Shown: positions 18,213-27,416 of the stretch, piece by piece
Position numbering within the stretch: position 1 is the stretch's first letter
How the letters are laid out: each line of letters opens with the position of its first letter
Assembly (NCBI GenBank): GCA_022825595.1
Contig: JAJDWM010000499.1
Coordinates: 1-35,916, forward strand
Reading direction: 5' to 3'
DNA from: Bryobacterales bacterium
GTDB taxonomy: Bacteria > Acidobacteriota > Terriglobia > Bryobacterales > UBA6623
DNA: 35,916 nucleotides
Position numbers and translations under genes: made by a program
Notes under the pieces: generated by a model
What the model saw: the letters and a program-made list of their open reading frames with translations, nothing else
Databases searched by the model: none
Told to the model about the DNA's origin: nothing

Positions 18213-19640
18213 ATGAGGGTTCGGGACGTGTGCCTGTCTCGCCGGCAAGTCCTCCGTGACGCCACAATGGGTTTCGGATCGTGCGCCTTGGCGGCCTTGC
18301 TGGCCGAAGACCTCGGGGGCTCAACGGGCGGCTACGATCCGGCGAATCCGCTCGCGCCGCGGGAGCCGCCCCGCCCGGCGAGAGCGAATCGGGTCGTGCA
18401 CATCTTCATGAATGGTGGCCCCTCTCAGGTGGACACCTTCGACCCGAAACCAGCGCTGGCCAGGTTCGCAGGAAAGCCGCTCCCGATCCAACTCAGGACC
18501 GAGCGGCGCACGGGCGCGGCATTCCCCTCTCCGTTCCGCTTCCAGCGGCACGGCCGGAGCGGCATCGAAGTCAGCGAGATCTTCCCCGAGGTTGGCAAGC
18601 ATGCCGACGACCTCTGCGTGATCCGATCAATGCACACGGAGGTCCCCAATCACGGGCCGTCCCTGATGATGATGAACACCGGAACCACCCAGCTGTCCCG
18701 GCCGAGCTTGGGATCTTGGCTGACGTACGGACTAGGCAGCGAGAATCGCAACCTTCCCGGGTTTGTAGTACTCTGCCCAGGGGGCTATCCGGTCTGGGGT
18801 GCCAAGAACTGGCGCTCGGCTTTTCTCCCCGGCGCCTACCAGGGCACCCACATCGACACGAGCAAGGAGACGGCCGAAGAGCTGGTCGAGAACGTAAGGA
18901 GCAGGTTCGCGAGCCGAGAGACGCAGCGGCGCCAGCTCGATCTTCTCGCAAGGCTCAATCAGGCCTATGCGGACAGGCGCGAAGAAGACTCCTTGCTCGA
19001 GGCCCGGGCGCAGTCCTTTGAGCTCGCGTACCGCATGCAGGCCGAGGCCACCGACGTCTTCGACGTTGCCTCCGAGCCGCCGGCAACACGCGAGATGTAC
19101 GGTGACACGCAACATGGACGCCAAATGCTGATGGCCCGGAGGTTGCTTGAGCGGGGTGTGCGCTTCGTGCAGGTCTGGCATGGGGCGGGCCAGCCGTGGG
19201 ACTCCCACAGCGAAGTCGAGGCCAACCATCGCCGCCTTGCCGGCGAATGCGACAGGCCTATCGCCGCACTGCTGACCGACCTCAAGCGGCTGGGCATGCT
19301 CGACGACACGCTTGTCATATGGGGTGGGGAATTCGGCCGGACGCCCGTAGTGGAGTTGACCTCGTTCGGTTCCAACGAGGGCCGCAACGGCAGGGATCAC
19401 AACTCCTACGGTTTCTCGATGTGGCTCGCCGGAGGCGGTGTCAAGGGCGGATACGTGCACGGAGCGACGGACGAGTTCGGCTTTCGGGCGGAGCGCGATC
19501 CCGTCCATGTTCACGATCTGCACGCGACGCTGCTGCACCTGCTGGGCTTCGACCACGAGCGTTTCACCTTCCGCTATGCTGGGCGCGACTTTCGCTTGAC
19601 AGACGTGCACGGGAGGGTCGTCACGGACCTGATCGCGTGA
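18213..19640 (+). CDS. Tat-leader DUF1501 (sulfatase-like fold) protein
   Basis: ORF 18201..19640. ATG 18213 is preferred and gives MRVRDVCLSRRQVLRDATMGFGSCALAALLA as a twin-arginine leader. DUF1501 signatures are VHIFMNGGPSQVDTFDPKP, IWGGEFGRTP and GRDHNSYGF. Confidence 0.9.
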   Translation: MRVRDVCLSRRQVLRDATMGFGSCALAALLAEDLGGSTGGYDPANPLAPREPPRPARANRVVHIFMNGGPSQVDTFDPKPALARFAGKPLPIQLRTERRTGAAFPSPFRFQRHGRSGIEVSEIFPEVGKHADDLCVIRSMHTEVPNHGPSLMMMNTGTTQLSRPSLGSWLTYGLGSENRNLPGFVVLCPGGYPVWGAKNWRSAFLPGAYQGTHIDTSKETAEELVENVRSRFASRETQRRQLDLLARLNQAYADRREEDSLLEARAQSFELAYRMQAEATDVFDVASEPPATREMYGDTQHGRQMLMARRLLERGVRFVQVWHGAGQPWDSHSEVEANHRRLAGECDRPIAALLTDLKRLGMLDDTLVIWGGEFGRTPVVELTSFGSNEGRNGRDHNSYGFSMWLAGGGVKGGYVHGATDEFGFRAERDPVHVHDLHATLLHLLGFDHERFTFRYAGRDFRLTDVHGRVVTDLIA

Positions 19641-19829
19641 GAGTGCCCCGCGGGGGCCAGTTCACTTGTCCCTCGCCGAGCCTGCCCAGCCGTCGGATCG
19701 CCCTTGACGTCTCGGGGGCTCAGCCTCGGGCTTTCGTGAGGCGCCACCAGAGCCAGGCTGTGCGGTGCAAGTGTGGTCCGGAGTTAGCGGCGGGGTCGGA
19801 TAAGATGGAGCTAGGCCCTATCCGAGGGC

Positions 19830-20549
19830 TTGGTGGCGGTAGCAGTGGCTCGGTTTCGTCGAAAGGATCTGAAGCGGGATCGCTTTGTCGAGGAGGTCAC
19901 CGAAGGTGTAGGCTTTGTTGCGAGGCACCGCAACAAGTTCGTCGCCGGAGGCCTGTCGGCGGTCGTGGCGGTTGTCGGTGGCGTGGGCTATTGGACCTAT
20001 GCCCGGCAGCGGGGTATCGACTCCACGGCCGCGCTTCTCAAGGCCACCGCGCTGTACGGGGGAGTAGTGAGCGAGGAGGACTTTCCGGGAGTCCCCACAT
20101 TCCGCACGGCTTCGGAGCGGGTTGACAAAGTGACGAGGGCACTCGATCAGGTCAGCCTGGACTTCCCGGGAAGCGCCGCGGCCGCTGGCGCGGCCTACTA
20201 TTCCGGCCTCCTTGACAGGGACGAGGGCAACCTGATCGAGGCCCGATCGCACTTCGAGCAGGCAATGCGCGGCAAGGGCAGGGAATACCCGGCGCTCGCG
20301 AGGCTGGCGCTTGGCCAGATGCTGCTCGACGAGGGCGACGGCGAAGCCGCTAGGGAGCACTTTCAGGCGGTCGCAGAGAGTCCGACGCGAACGGTCTCGC
20401 GGGAGCGTGCCGAGATCGAGGTTGCGCGGACGTGGATGTCGAGCGATCCGGCTAGGGCCCGAGAGATTCTCACGGCGATCCGCGAGCGCAATGCGGCCGC
20501 GGGACCGCTGGTTGCCGAACTCCTCGATGCGCTGGAGGAGGGGGGCTGA
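19830..20549 (+). CDS. single-pass membrane protein with periplasmic TPR-like domain (YfgM-like architecture)
   Basis: 239 aa with a non-ATG start (TTG 19830 or GTG 19833/19845). A charged N-terminus (RFRRKDLKRDRFVEE) is followed by a TM helix (FVAGGLSAVVAVVGGVGYW) and then helical repeats (GAAYYSGLLDRDEGNLIEARSHFEQA..., ARLALGQMLLDEGDGEAAREHFQAV). The antisense ORF 19818..20762 is Arg-rich junk. Confidence 0.7.
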   Translation: MVAVAVARFRRKDLKRDRFVEEVTEGVGFVARHRNKFVAGGLSAVVAVVGGVGYWTYARQRGIDSTAALLKATALYGGVVSEEDFPGVPTFRTASERVDKVTRALDQVSLDFPGSAAAAGAAYYSGLLDRDEGNLIEARSHFEQAMRGKGREYPALARLALGQMLLDEGDGEAAREHFQAVAESPTRTVSRERAEIEVARTWMSSDPARAREILTAIRERNAAAGPLVAELLDALEEGG

Positions 20550-20561
20550 GCGTTTCGCTCG

Positions 20562-21713
20562 ATGCTCGCCCGGCTCCGCTTTCCTGAGGACCAATCCCGT
20601 CTTCGTCGCCACCCCGAGCGGGCGGTTTCGGATGGCTACCGGGGCCCTTTCCAGCGGGACCGCGACCGAATCGTGCACTCGCGAGCGTTCCGCAGGCTCG
20701 CAGGCAAGACTCAGGTCACGGCGCTGCCCGGATCGAACCACCTGCGGACCCGCCTGACGCACACGATTGAGGTTGCTCAGGTCTCTAGGACGATCGCGGG
20801 CGTCCTCGGCCTAGGCGTCGACTTGGTTGAGGTGCTGGCCTTGGCCCACGACCTCGGACATCCTGCGTTCGGGCATCAGGGCGAGGCCACGTTGGACCAG
20901 GAAATGCGGCGGTTCGGGGAACGGTTCGACCACAACTCTCACGCCCTGCGGATCGTCGAGTACTTCGAGCAGCGCTACGCGGCGTTCCCTGGCCTGAATC
21001 TGACCTTCGAAGTGCGGGAAGGGCTGCTGAAGCACTCCCGTGAATTGGACCCGAATGAGCCGACGCATCAGGAGTATTTCCCGGATTCTCGGCCGACGTT
21101 GGAGGCCCAGCTGATCGATCCGGCTGACGAGATCGCGTATCTCAGCTCCGATCTCGAGGACGCGGTGCGCTGCGGGTTCCTCGAAATCGACGCGATCTGC
21201 CACGCCGTGCCGGCGTTCGGGGCCGTTTATGAGCGATTGCGGGCGGAGCATCCACGGGCCGAACCGGGCCGCATATTGAGCGACGCGCAGAGCCGGCTCT
21301 TCGGACTGCTGGCGCGGGGGCTGATCCATGGCACGCTCGAGCGGGCTGAGGCGGCTGGCGTCCAAGACTGGCGGGACGTCCGGCAGTGCCAGCGGCGGAT
21401 CGCCGGCTGCACGGAGGATGCGCAGGCGACCGTAGCAAGCCTTCGAGAGCTACTGTTTGCTTCCTATTACATTCCCGCCGCCAAAGAATCCGACAGGCAG
21501 GGCCACTGCGCCAGGCTGAGCGAGCTCTTTCGGTTCTACGTGCGCTGTCCGGAGGCCCTGCCGGCGCACTACGCGGCCCAAGTCGGGCACCGGTCGGCCC
21601 ATCAGGTCGCTTGTGATTACGTGGCCGGAATGGCGGACGAGTTCTTGTTGCGAACCCACGCTGAAGTGCTCGGGCGAGGAGGTAGCGATGCGACGCGGAT
21701 TGAGGCGGCCTGA
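20562..21713 (+). CDS. dgt: dGTPase-like HD-domain triphosphohydrolase
   Basis: 383 aa. FQRDRDRIVHSRAFRRLAGKTQV, RLTHTIEVAQVSR, LAHDLGHPAFGH and IDPADEIAYLSSDLEDA match the Dgt/dNTP triphosphohydrolase family. It starts 12 nt after the TPR gene. Confidence 0.85.
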   Translation: MLARLRFPEDQSRLRRHPERAVSDGYRGPFQRDRDRIVHSRAFRRLAGKTQVTALPGSNHLRTRLTHTIEVAQVSRTIAGVLGLGVDLVEVLALAHDLGHPAFGHQGEATLDQEMRRFGERFDHNSHALRIVEYFEQRYAAFPGLNLTFEVREGLLKHSRELDPNEPTHQEYFPDSRPTLEAQLIDPADEIAYLSSDLEDAVRCGFLEIDAICHAVPAFGAVYERLRAEHPRAEPGRILSDAQSRLFGLLARGLIHGTLERAEAAGVQDWRDVRQCQRRIAGCTEDAQATVASLRELLFASYYIPAAKESDRQGHCARLSELFRFYVRCPEALPAHYAAQVGHRSAHQVACDYVAGMADEFLLRTHAEVLGRGGSDATRIEAA

Positions 21714-22269
21714 GTTTGCTTGGCCGCGGGCCGTCCAGCTAGCGCTGCTGACGGTCTTTGCCCTGATCCCGTCCGTGCCGATGCCCGTCGTCGATTGCCC
21801 GTGCGACCACACTCGCCCCGAATCGATGCGCGAGCGGGTTTGTAGCCTTTGCGGGACTGCGGAGCGCGCACGAACCCGGGTCTATTTCCTCAAGGACATC
21901 AACCCGCACAAGCCGAGCCGCCACTTGGCCCTGCCGAAGGCGCACGATGCCGGCTTCCAGTCTACGGTCCACCTTCCGCCGGATCTTCGCTCCGACCTCT
22001 GGCGAGGGGCAGCCGAGCGGGCCGAGCAACTCTACCCGGGGGCTTGGGGTGTTGCGCAGAACAGCCACTACTTCCGGACTCAGTGCCACGCCCACCTGCA
22101 CATTGGTCCCCTGAGCCCGGAGGTTGACGACACTGGTGGCCAACTGTACTCCCGCTTTGAGGACTTTCCGAACGTTGGCCCCGAAAGGGGAGTGTGGATG
22201 CACCCTAAGCAGGGCGGGTATTGTGTGCACCTCGACCGCGACTTGGCCGAGATCGTGCTGGTTCGCTGA
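21688..22269 (+). CDS. HIT-family protein with N-terminal signal/anchor
   Basis: ORF 21613..22269. The start is ATG 21688, 5 nt after GAGGAGG (21676-21682), and it overlaps the dgt 3' end by 26 nt. The hydrophobic N-terminus is AVQLALLTVFALIPSV. CSLCG, LKDINPHKPSRHLALPKAH and the histidine triad H-A-H-L-H (22087-22101) align with Hint-type proteins. Confidence 0.75.
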   Translation: MRRGLRRPEFAWPRAVQLALLTVFALIPSVPMPVVDCPCDHTRPESMRERVCSLCGTAERARTRVYFLKDINPHKPSRHLALPKAHDAGFQSTVHLPPDLRSDLWRGAAERAEQLYPGAWGVAQNSHYFRTQCHAHLHIGPLSPEVDDTGGQLYSRFEDFPNVGPERGVWMHPKQGGYCVHLDRDLAEIVLVR

Positions 22270-22885
22270 TCGCCTCAGGCCGGCAGAGAAAGCCGTGCCA
22301 AGAGGTTAGAGCCGCTCCGCCCTTCAACAGTCGCAGAAGACCCGACACACCACCTCACCACGGCTCCAGACAAGCGGACAGCACGCAGCGCGCTCCAAGC
22401 ATTGGTACCGCCGACGGAAGGCGGCGCTAGTCTTGCGCTCCAGTTGGCGGCCTCAGCGCGAAGTCCTGAGAGGGACCGGTCCAGCGTAAGAGCGCTCTGG
22501 CAGACGGCCCGATCGGTCCGTTGGGGTCGCGACGGGCTGGCCATGGTTGCTGACGGGACCGAGCCCCTAGCCCTTTCCGCTGCTCGGGTGTTCAGCGACT
22601 CGACCAGCAGGGCGTCCCTTCGTATCGGAAGGACTCATAGTGCTGACCACCCTGCAGTCGCTTCCCCAACCGATTCCTGCCGCAAGTCTGCGGTGGACAA
22701 CGCAGTCCGGCTGGCCCATATTGGACTGCCCTCGCTTGCTATGGTTGCGAGTCAATCCCGGTCGGGACGTACGGCGGGATCGACTCGGAAGCCCCGCCCA
22801 AGGCCGTCGAGGATGGCGACCGCCCTGATCGCATGGCCCGCCCGCAGCCCGGCCGAGCTTCGCGGTGTCCACGCCGCCGCCAGGC

Positions 22886-24601
22886 TCACCGGACCAGGCG
22901 CACGTCTACGAACGACGCACCTCTCACAAGTTCGCCGTATTCCACCAGGCCTTCCAGCCGCGCTGGCCCCGCCTCCAGGTCGATGCCGGAGAAGCTGCAT
23001 GAAGCACTGCCCGCGTCAACATCCTTGACCGCCTTGGTTTCCCCCACGGCCAGTCGTGCTCGCCCTGCAGACGGGAGCGGTCCGGCGAAGCGGAGCACGA
23101 AGTCGTACTGGCCGGCTTCTTCGATCACGACCGGCCAATAGCCCAGCCCATCCTCGCGGGCCCGATCATCGTACTCTCCACGCCAGTCAAAGCGGGAGAG
23201 CGTCGAGCGCGGCTCGTGGGGCGATCCGAGATGGATCCGGATCGGCTCGAATCCGCCTGAAGTGACGTCGCGGAACCAATCGTGGTAGCCTCGGCGCATC
23301 TCTTCCACGAGCTCCGGATGCTCCTGCGCCAAATCGTTCGTCTCTCCCGGGTCGACAGACATGTCGTATAGCTGAAACGTCGCTCCGGGGGGCATCGGGG
23401 CGGTGGCCTGGCCCTGCGGCTGCACGATCTTCCAACGCTGGGTCCGCGCAGAGGCGTTTCGGTTCAGCTGCGGGATGTCACTCCGGTGATTCTGGAGGTA
23501 GATCGTCCGGTCCGGCCACTCCTGCTCCGCCGTTGATCCAGACAGCAGGGGCCAAAGGCTGACGCCGTCGAAGGGTTCGTCGGGGCTTGGGACACCGGCG
23601 GCCTCGAGCAGCGTAGGCACGACGTCAATGTGAGCCGCGATCCGATCAACCTTCCTTCCTGCCTCGACCGTTCCCGGCCAGCGGAACAGGAATGGAACAC
23701 GAGTGCCGCCGTCATGCGTGCTACCCTTGCGTCCCCGCAAGCCGGCAGTGAACGTTTGCTGCGTCGGACCGTTGTCCGTCAGAAAGACGACGATCGTGCT
23801 CTCGGCGAGCCCGAGCTCGTCCAACTCCTCGAGCAGACGGTTGAGGTTCTGGTCGAATTCCTCGATCATGCCGTAGACCCTGGCTGTCCGTTCGGGAAGG
23901 CCCATTCCTCTGTATGGCTCGATCCACTCCTCGTCGACGTCGAACGGTCCATGGGGCACATTGGTTGCCAAGTAGCCGAAGAAGGGCCGGGCACGGTTGG
24001 CCCGCACAAAGCTGATCAGCGCGTCCGTGAAGATTCCAGTACTGTAGCCCTCGTAGCTCTGTGACACTCCATTGAGCTCGAGAACGGGGTCCCAGTAGGT
24101 GTTTCCGGGCGGTCCCGCAGGCTGGCCCAAGCCCCCGCCGCGGTGGACCAAGGATTCCTGGAAGCCTTGGTCCATAGGTCGGAGGGGGTAATTGTCGCCA
24201 AGGTGCCACTTGCCGAAGATGCCGGTCGCATAGCCACCGGCCGCCAGCACTTCGGCGAGAGTCGCGGCCGCGGGGTCAAGCAGCGTCCGCCCGAGATACG
24301 TGTCCACCACTCGGGAGCGGTAACCGTGGCGCCCCGTCAGCAGCGCCGCTCGGGTGGGCGCGCACTTCGGCTCGACATAGAATTGCGTAAACTCAGTGCT
24401 TTCTGCGGCTAGCCGGTCGAGCGTTGGTGTGCGAATGTACGGGTTGCCGTGGAATCCTACCTGTGCCCATCCTTGGTCGTCCGTCATTATCAGGATGATG
24501 TTGGGCCTTGGGTGCCCCGATTCCGCGCAACTGGCCGAAGCCAGCGCTCCCGCAAGGAGCCCCGCAAGTGCCCATCCGACCTTGATTCTTCTAGCTGTCA
24601 C
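22886..24601 (-). CDS. formylglycine-type sulfatase with C-terminal beta-sandwich extension
   Basis: ORF 22886..24712(-), where the listed start is a TTG. I prefer GTG 24599-24601, which gives (M)TARRIKVGWALAGLLAGALASASC as a signal peptide. Sulfatase motifs are NIILIMTDDQGW and CAPTRAALLTGRH. About 100 aa extend past the sulfatase core. Confidence 0.9.
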   Translation of the reverse strand: MTARRIKVGWALAGLLAGALASASCAESGHPRPNIILIMTDDQGWAQVGFHGNPYIRTPTLDRLAAESTEFTQFYVEPKCAPTRAALLTGRHGYRSRVVDTYLGRTLLDPAAATLAEVLAAGGYATGIFGKWHLGDNYPLRPMDQGFQESLVHRGGGLGQPAGPPGNTYWDPVLELNGVSQSYEGYSTGIFTDALISFVRANRARPFFGYLATNVPHGPFDVDEEWIEPYRGMGLPERTARVYGMIEEFDQNLNRLLEELDELGLAESTIVVFLTDNGPTQQTFTAGLRGRKGSTHDGGTRVPFLFRWPGTVEAGRKVDRIAAHIDVVPTLLEAAGVPSPDEPFDGVSLWPLLSGSTAEQEWPDRTIYLQNHRSDIPQLNRNASARTQRWKIVQPQGQATAPMPPGATFQLYDMSVDPGETNDLAQEHPELVEEMRRGYHDWFRDVTSGGFEPIRIHLGSPHEPRSTLSRFDWRGEYDDRAREDGLGYWPVVIEEAGQYDFVLRFAGPLPSAGRARLAVGETKAVKDVDAGSASCSFSGIDLEAGPARLEGLVEYGELVRGASFVDVRLVR

Positions 24602-25061
24602 TGCGGGGATTCTAGCGAATACCGAACGGTCCCGAGCTAATGGTGCTTGAGGTTTGCGGTGCCGTGCCGGAACGGGTGCCCAAGAGCTAGGACCTAACTT
24701 TCCCTCGGGCAATTGGGGAGTCGTCTAAGTTCTCCAAGCTCGAAGCCCCCATGTCAGGGCAGCCCCTGGGGGAATGCGTGACCTGGCTGACGCCCGGGCG
24801 ACGGCCCGAGATGGCCTGAGCGTCGATCACCACCAAAGGTTGCGTGACCGCTGAGGTCCCCCACGCCCCTTCACCCGTCCGAAGGCATTGACGATTCGGT
24901 CTCCTGGAGGCGTCCGGCTAGGGATGGCCGTCGACTCGGGAGGCATGTCCGGCGTCAGCTGGCCACTGAGCTCGAACCGGCGCGCGACCGGTACGGGGCG
25001 GCCTTGCGTTGGGATACTGACGTGCGCTATCGGCAAGCCGTGCGGACCAAGCAAGACCGGA

Positions 25062-26108
25062 TCAGGGGCGTTCCCACTGACCCGAATCCGCCGACCGGAA
25101 CATGGCATCGATTACTCGCATGCCCGTGATCGAATCCTCCAGTGGGAACTCCAGTGCGTCGCCGCGACGGATTGCCCGAGAGACCACCTCACCTTGGGCG
25201 GTGTACTGGTCGGTGGTCGGCAGCTCCTCGACGATGCGACCGGCGTCGCCCAGTATCTTGCCGTCGTCCACGAACAGCCTGCATGGCCGGTCCACTGGGG
25301 CGTTGAAGGGGATTTCAATCTCGATCCTCTTGCGTGTTCCGAACGCGTGGATGCGCTGATAGGGAGTCAATTGCGTGGAGCACGAGAACGTGGCATGGCC
25401 GGCCGGGAATTCCAGGACTCCCGATGTCAGCCGATCAATCCGCCACCGAGGGTCCCAGTCGATCAAGCCGGCCACACGAATGGGCTCAGCCCCGAATAAG
25501 AACCTTGCGGCGGTGATCGGGTAGCAACCGATGTCATACAGGCCCCCACCTCCGAATCCGGCAATGTTGCGAATGTTCTCGGGATCGAGGTTCGTGTAGC
25601 TGAAGAACCCTTGAACTGCCCGCAACTCGCCGATCTCACCGCTTCGCACCAGATCCCGCGCCCGCAGCCACTGGGGGTGGTAGCGCACCATGAAAGCTTC
25701 CTGTACCAAGACTCCCGCGCGGTCTCTGGCTCGGACCAGTTCCATCGCCTCCGCCGCATTCAGCGACACCGGCTTTTCGCAGAGCACGTGCTTTCCCGCA
25801 TCCGCAGCCCGCGCCGAGAGCGGGACGTGAAGATGGTTCGGCAGGGGGTTGTAGACGGCTTCAATCTCCGGGTCTGCCAACAGCTCGCCGTAGGAGCCGT
25901 AGGCCCGCGGAATCCCGAGCTTCTCGGCGGCCTCCTGGGCGCGCGCAAGGCTGCGCGAGGCAATTGCAACAATTTTGCAAGACGGCCCTCGCTGCATCGC
26001 CGGGATGACCTTCTCCAGGCCAATCTTTGCCGTGCTGAGCACACCCCAGCGCACTGGGGCTGGAGATTCGTCGTGCGCGCTATGGTCCTTCGGGCCCGCG
26101 CTGGTCAC
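25062..26108 (-). CDS. Gfo/Idh/MocA family oxidoreductase (cytoplasmic)
   Basis: 348 aa with a GTG start. VRWGVLSTAKIGLEKVIPAM is the Rossmann N-terminus and HVLCEKPVS is the EKP motif. There is no signal peptide. It lies 5 nt downstream of the aldolase gene. Confidence 0.9.
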   Translation of the reverse strand: MTSAGPKDHSAHDESPAPVRWGVLSTAKIGLEKVIPAMQRGPSCKIVAIASRSLARAQEAAEKLGIPRAYGSYGELLADPEIEAVYNPLPNHLHVPLSARAADAGKHVLCEKPVSLNAAEAMELVRARDRAGVLVQEAFMVRYHPQWLRARDLVRSGEIGELRAVQGFFSYTNLDPENIRNIAGFGGGGLYDIGCYPITAARFLFGAEPIRVAGLIDWDPRWRIDRLTSGVLEFPAGHATFSCSTQLTPYQRIHAFGTRKRIEIEIPFNAPVDRPCRLFVDDGKILGDAGRIVEELPTTDQYTAQGEVVSRAIRRGDALEFPLEDSITGMRVIDAMFRSADSGQWERP

Positions 26109-26113
26109 GCTGC

Positions 26114-26920
26114 CTACATGTATCCGCCGGTCTTGGCTCCGGCAGCCGCGAGATCGGCCTGCATGTCGCTTCGGATCGCCCGGAATCCGTTAAGCAATAC
26201 CGACATGTCCGTGCCGCACACTAGGAAGCGGGCACCATGGTCCCGGGCTCGCTTGAGCATTCCTGTGCTCCCGAAATGGACACCGGGAGCCACCCCGGCC
26301 TGGTTGCATGCCTCGACCATGCGGTCGAATGCGTCCCAGAACTTAGGGTGCTCGAAGTCACCGGGAATCCCGAGTGAGACCGACAGGTCGAACGGTCCCA
26401 CCATCGTGGCGTCCACGCCCGGCACCGCCACGATCTCCTCGATGGCGTCAACGCAAGACTGCGTCTCCATCTGGATGACGACCATGGATTCTCGGTTGGC
26501 CGACTCCATTTCGGCCGCAGCGCCTTGGAAGTCAAGGTCCGTCACGATGCTGCGCAGCCCGTACCCGCGGCGACCGAGCGGGGGAAACTTCATTGCCGCA
26601 ACGATCTTGCGGGTTTCCGCGACCGACTCGGTTCGGGGATTGATGATGCCCATGGCCCCCACGTCCAGCATGCGGGCCAAGAAGAAGTACTCCGATTGCG
26701 GAACGCGAACCAGCGGGACGACCCCGGTGGACTTGGCGACGCGCACGAACGACTGTACGTCGTCGAATCCTGTCCGGGAATGCTCGCTGTCGATGAAGAA
26801 GAAGTCTAGGCCTGCGGCCTCGATTGCAATTACGATCTCTGGGTTGAAGCAATCCGTCACGCAAGTGCCCAACACAGACCCGCCTGCCTGCAGGGTCGCT
26901 TTGATCGCGTTCTGCTTCAC
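26114..26920 (-). CDS. HpcH/HpaI family 2-keto-3-deoxy-acid aldolase
   Basis: 268 aa. GLDFFFIDSEHS, PLVRVP, MLDVGAMGIINPRTES, KFPPLGRRGYG and VVIQMET fit the HpcH/HpaI (class II pyruvate aldolase) family. Confidence 0.9.
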   Translation of the reverse strand: MKQNAIKATLQAGGSVLGTCVTDCFNPEIVIAIEAAGLDFFFIDSEHSRTGFDDVQSFVRVAKSTGVVPLVRVPQSEYFFLARMLDVGAMGIINPRTESVAETRKIVAAMKFPPLGRRGYGLRSIVTDLDFQGAAAEMESANRESMVVIQMETQSCVDAIEEIVAVPGVDATMVGPFDLSVSLGIPGDFEHPKFWDAFDRMVEACNQAGVAPGVHFGSTGMLKRARDHGARFLVCGTDMSVLLNGFRAIRSDMQADLAAAGAKTGGYM

Positions 26921-26982
26921 GGGATCACCTCTGAGCCAATCTAGACTGCCCGGCCCAAACCACTGCGGCCCAGATTGTAGCG

Positions 26983-27059
<77 letters not shown>

Positions 27060-27416
27060 GGGAATCGGGTGGGCACTCATGCAGACGCAAGGAGCCCCAA
27101 CTAATCTGAGAATAGCACAAGCGGAGCGCGATCCGTGCCTGCGGCAAGCGCGCGATCGGGCCGCATCGCAGCGACCGCTTGGCAGGTACGCCGGACCTCT
27201 GGACGCGTCCCTTCCAAGCTCCACGTCAGGCGCGTCTAGGTGCAATGGCGCGAAGCACAGTCTGCCCGATATGCCGCTTGCCGAGGCAGCGTCTACTCTC
27301 CTCGCCCCCATGGATCGGCCAATGCTCAACACCGCACTGGTCCTTTCCTTGGTCGGCCTCTCCATCGCCGGTGCGCCAAGACCAGCCGTTGACGGCCGGG
27401 GCTTCTCGCCGGCGTG

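Noticed and set aside
19645-19657. The GCCCC-gcg-GGGGC hairpin just after the DUF1501 stop, and the GGCTTCC-N14-GGAAGCC hairpin at 5658-5685 after the AtoE-like gene, considered as intrinsic terminators.
   Set aside because: The stems are short, the loops are a minimal 3 nt or an oversized 14 nt, and no U-tract follows either one. That is not enough to call them terminators.
22440-22720. RNase P RNA-like fragments on the plus strand: GUAAGAGCGC at ~22486-22495, GCGAAGUCCUGAG, and GACAACGCAGUCCGGCUGG.
   Set aside because: The universally conserved P4 strands (GAGGAAAGUCCGGGC and ACAGAAxCCGGCUUA) are not present on either strand. The resemblance is limited to short GC-rich words. I kept the region only as an unexplained non-coding tract.
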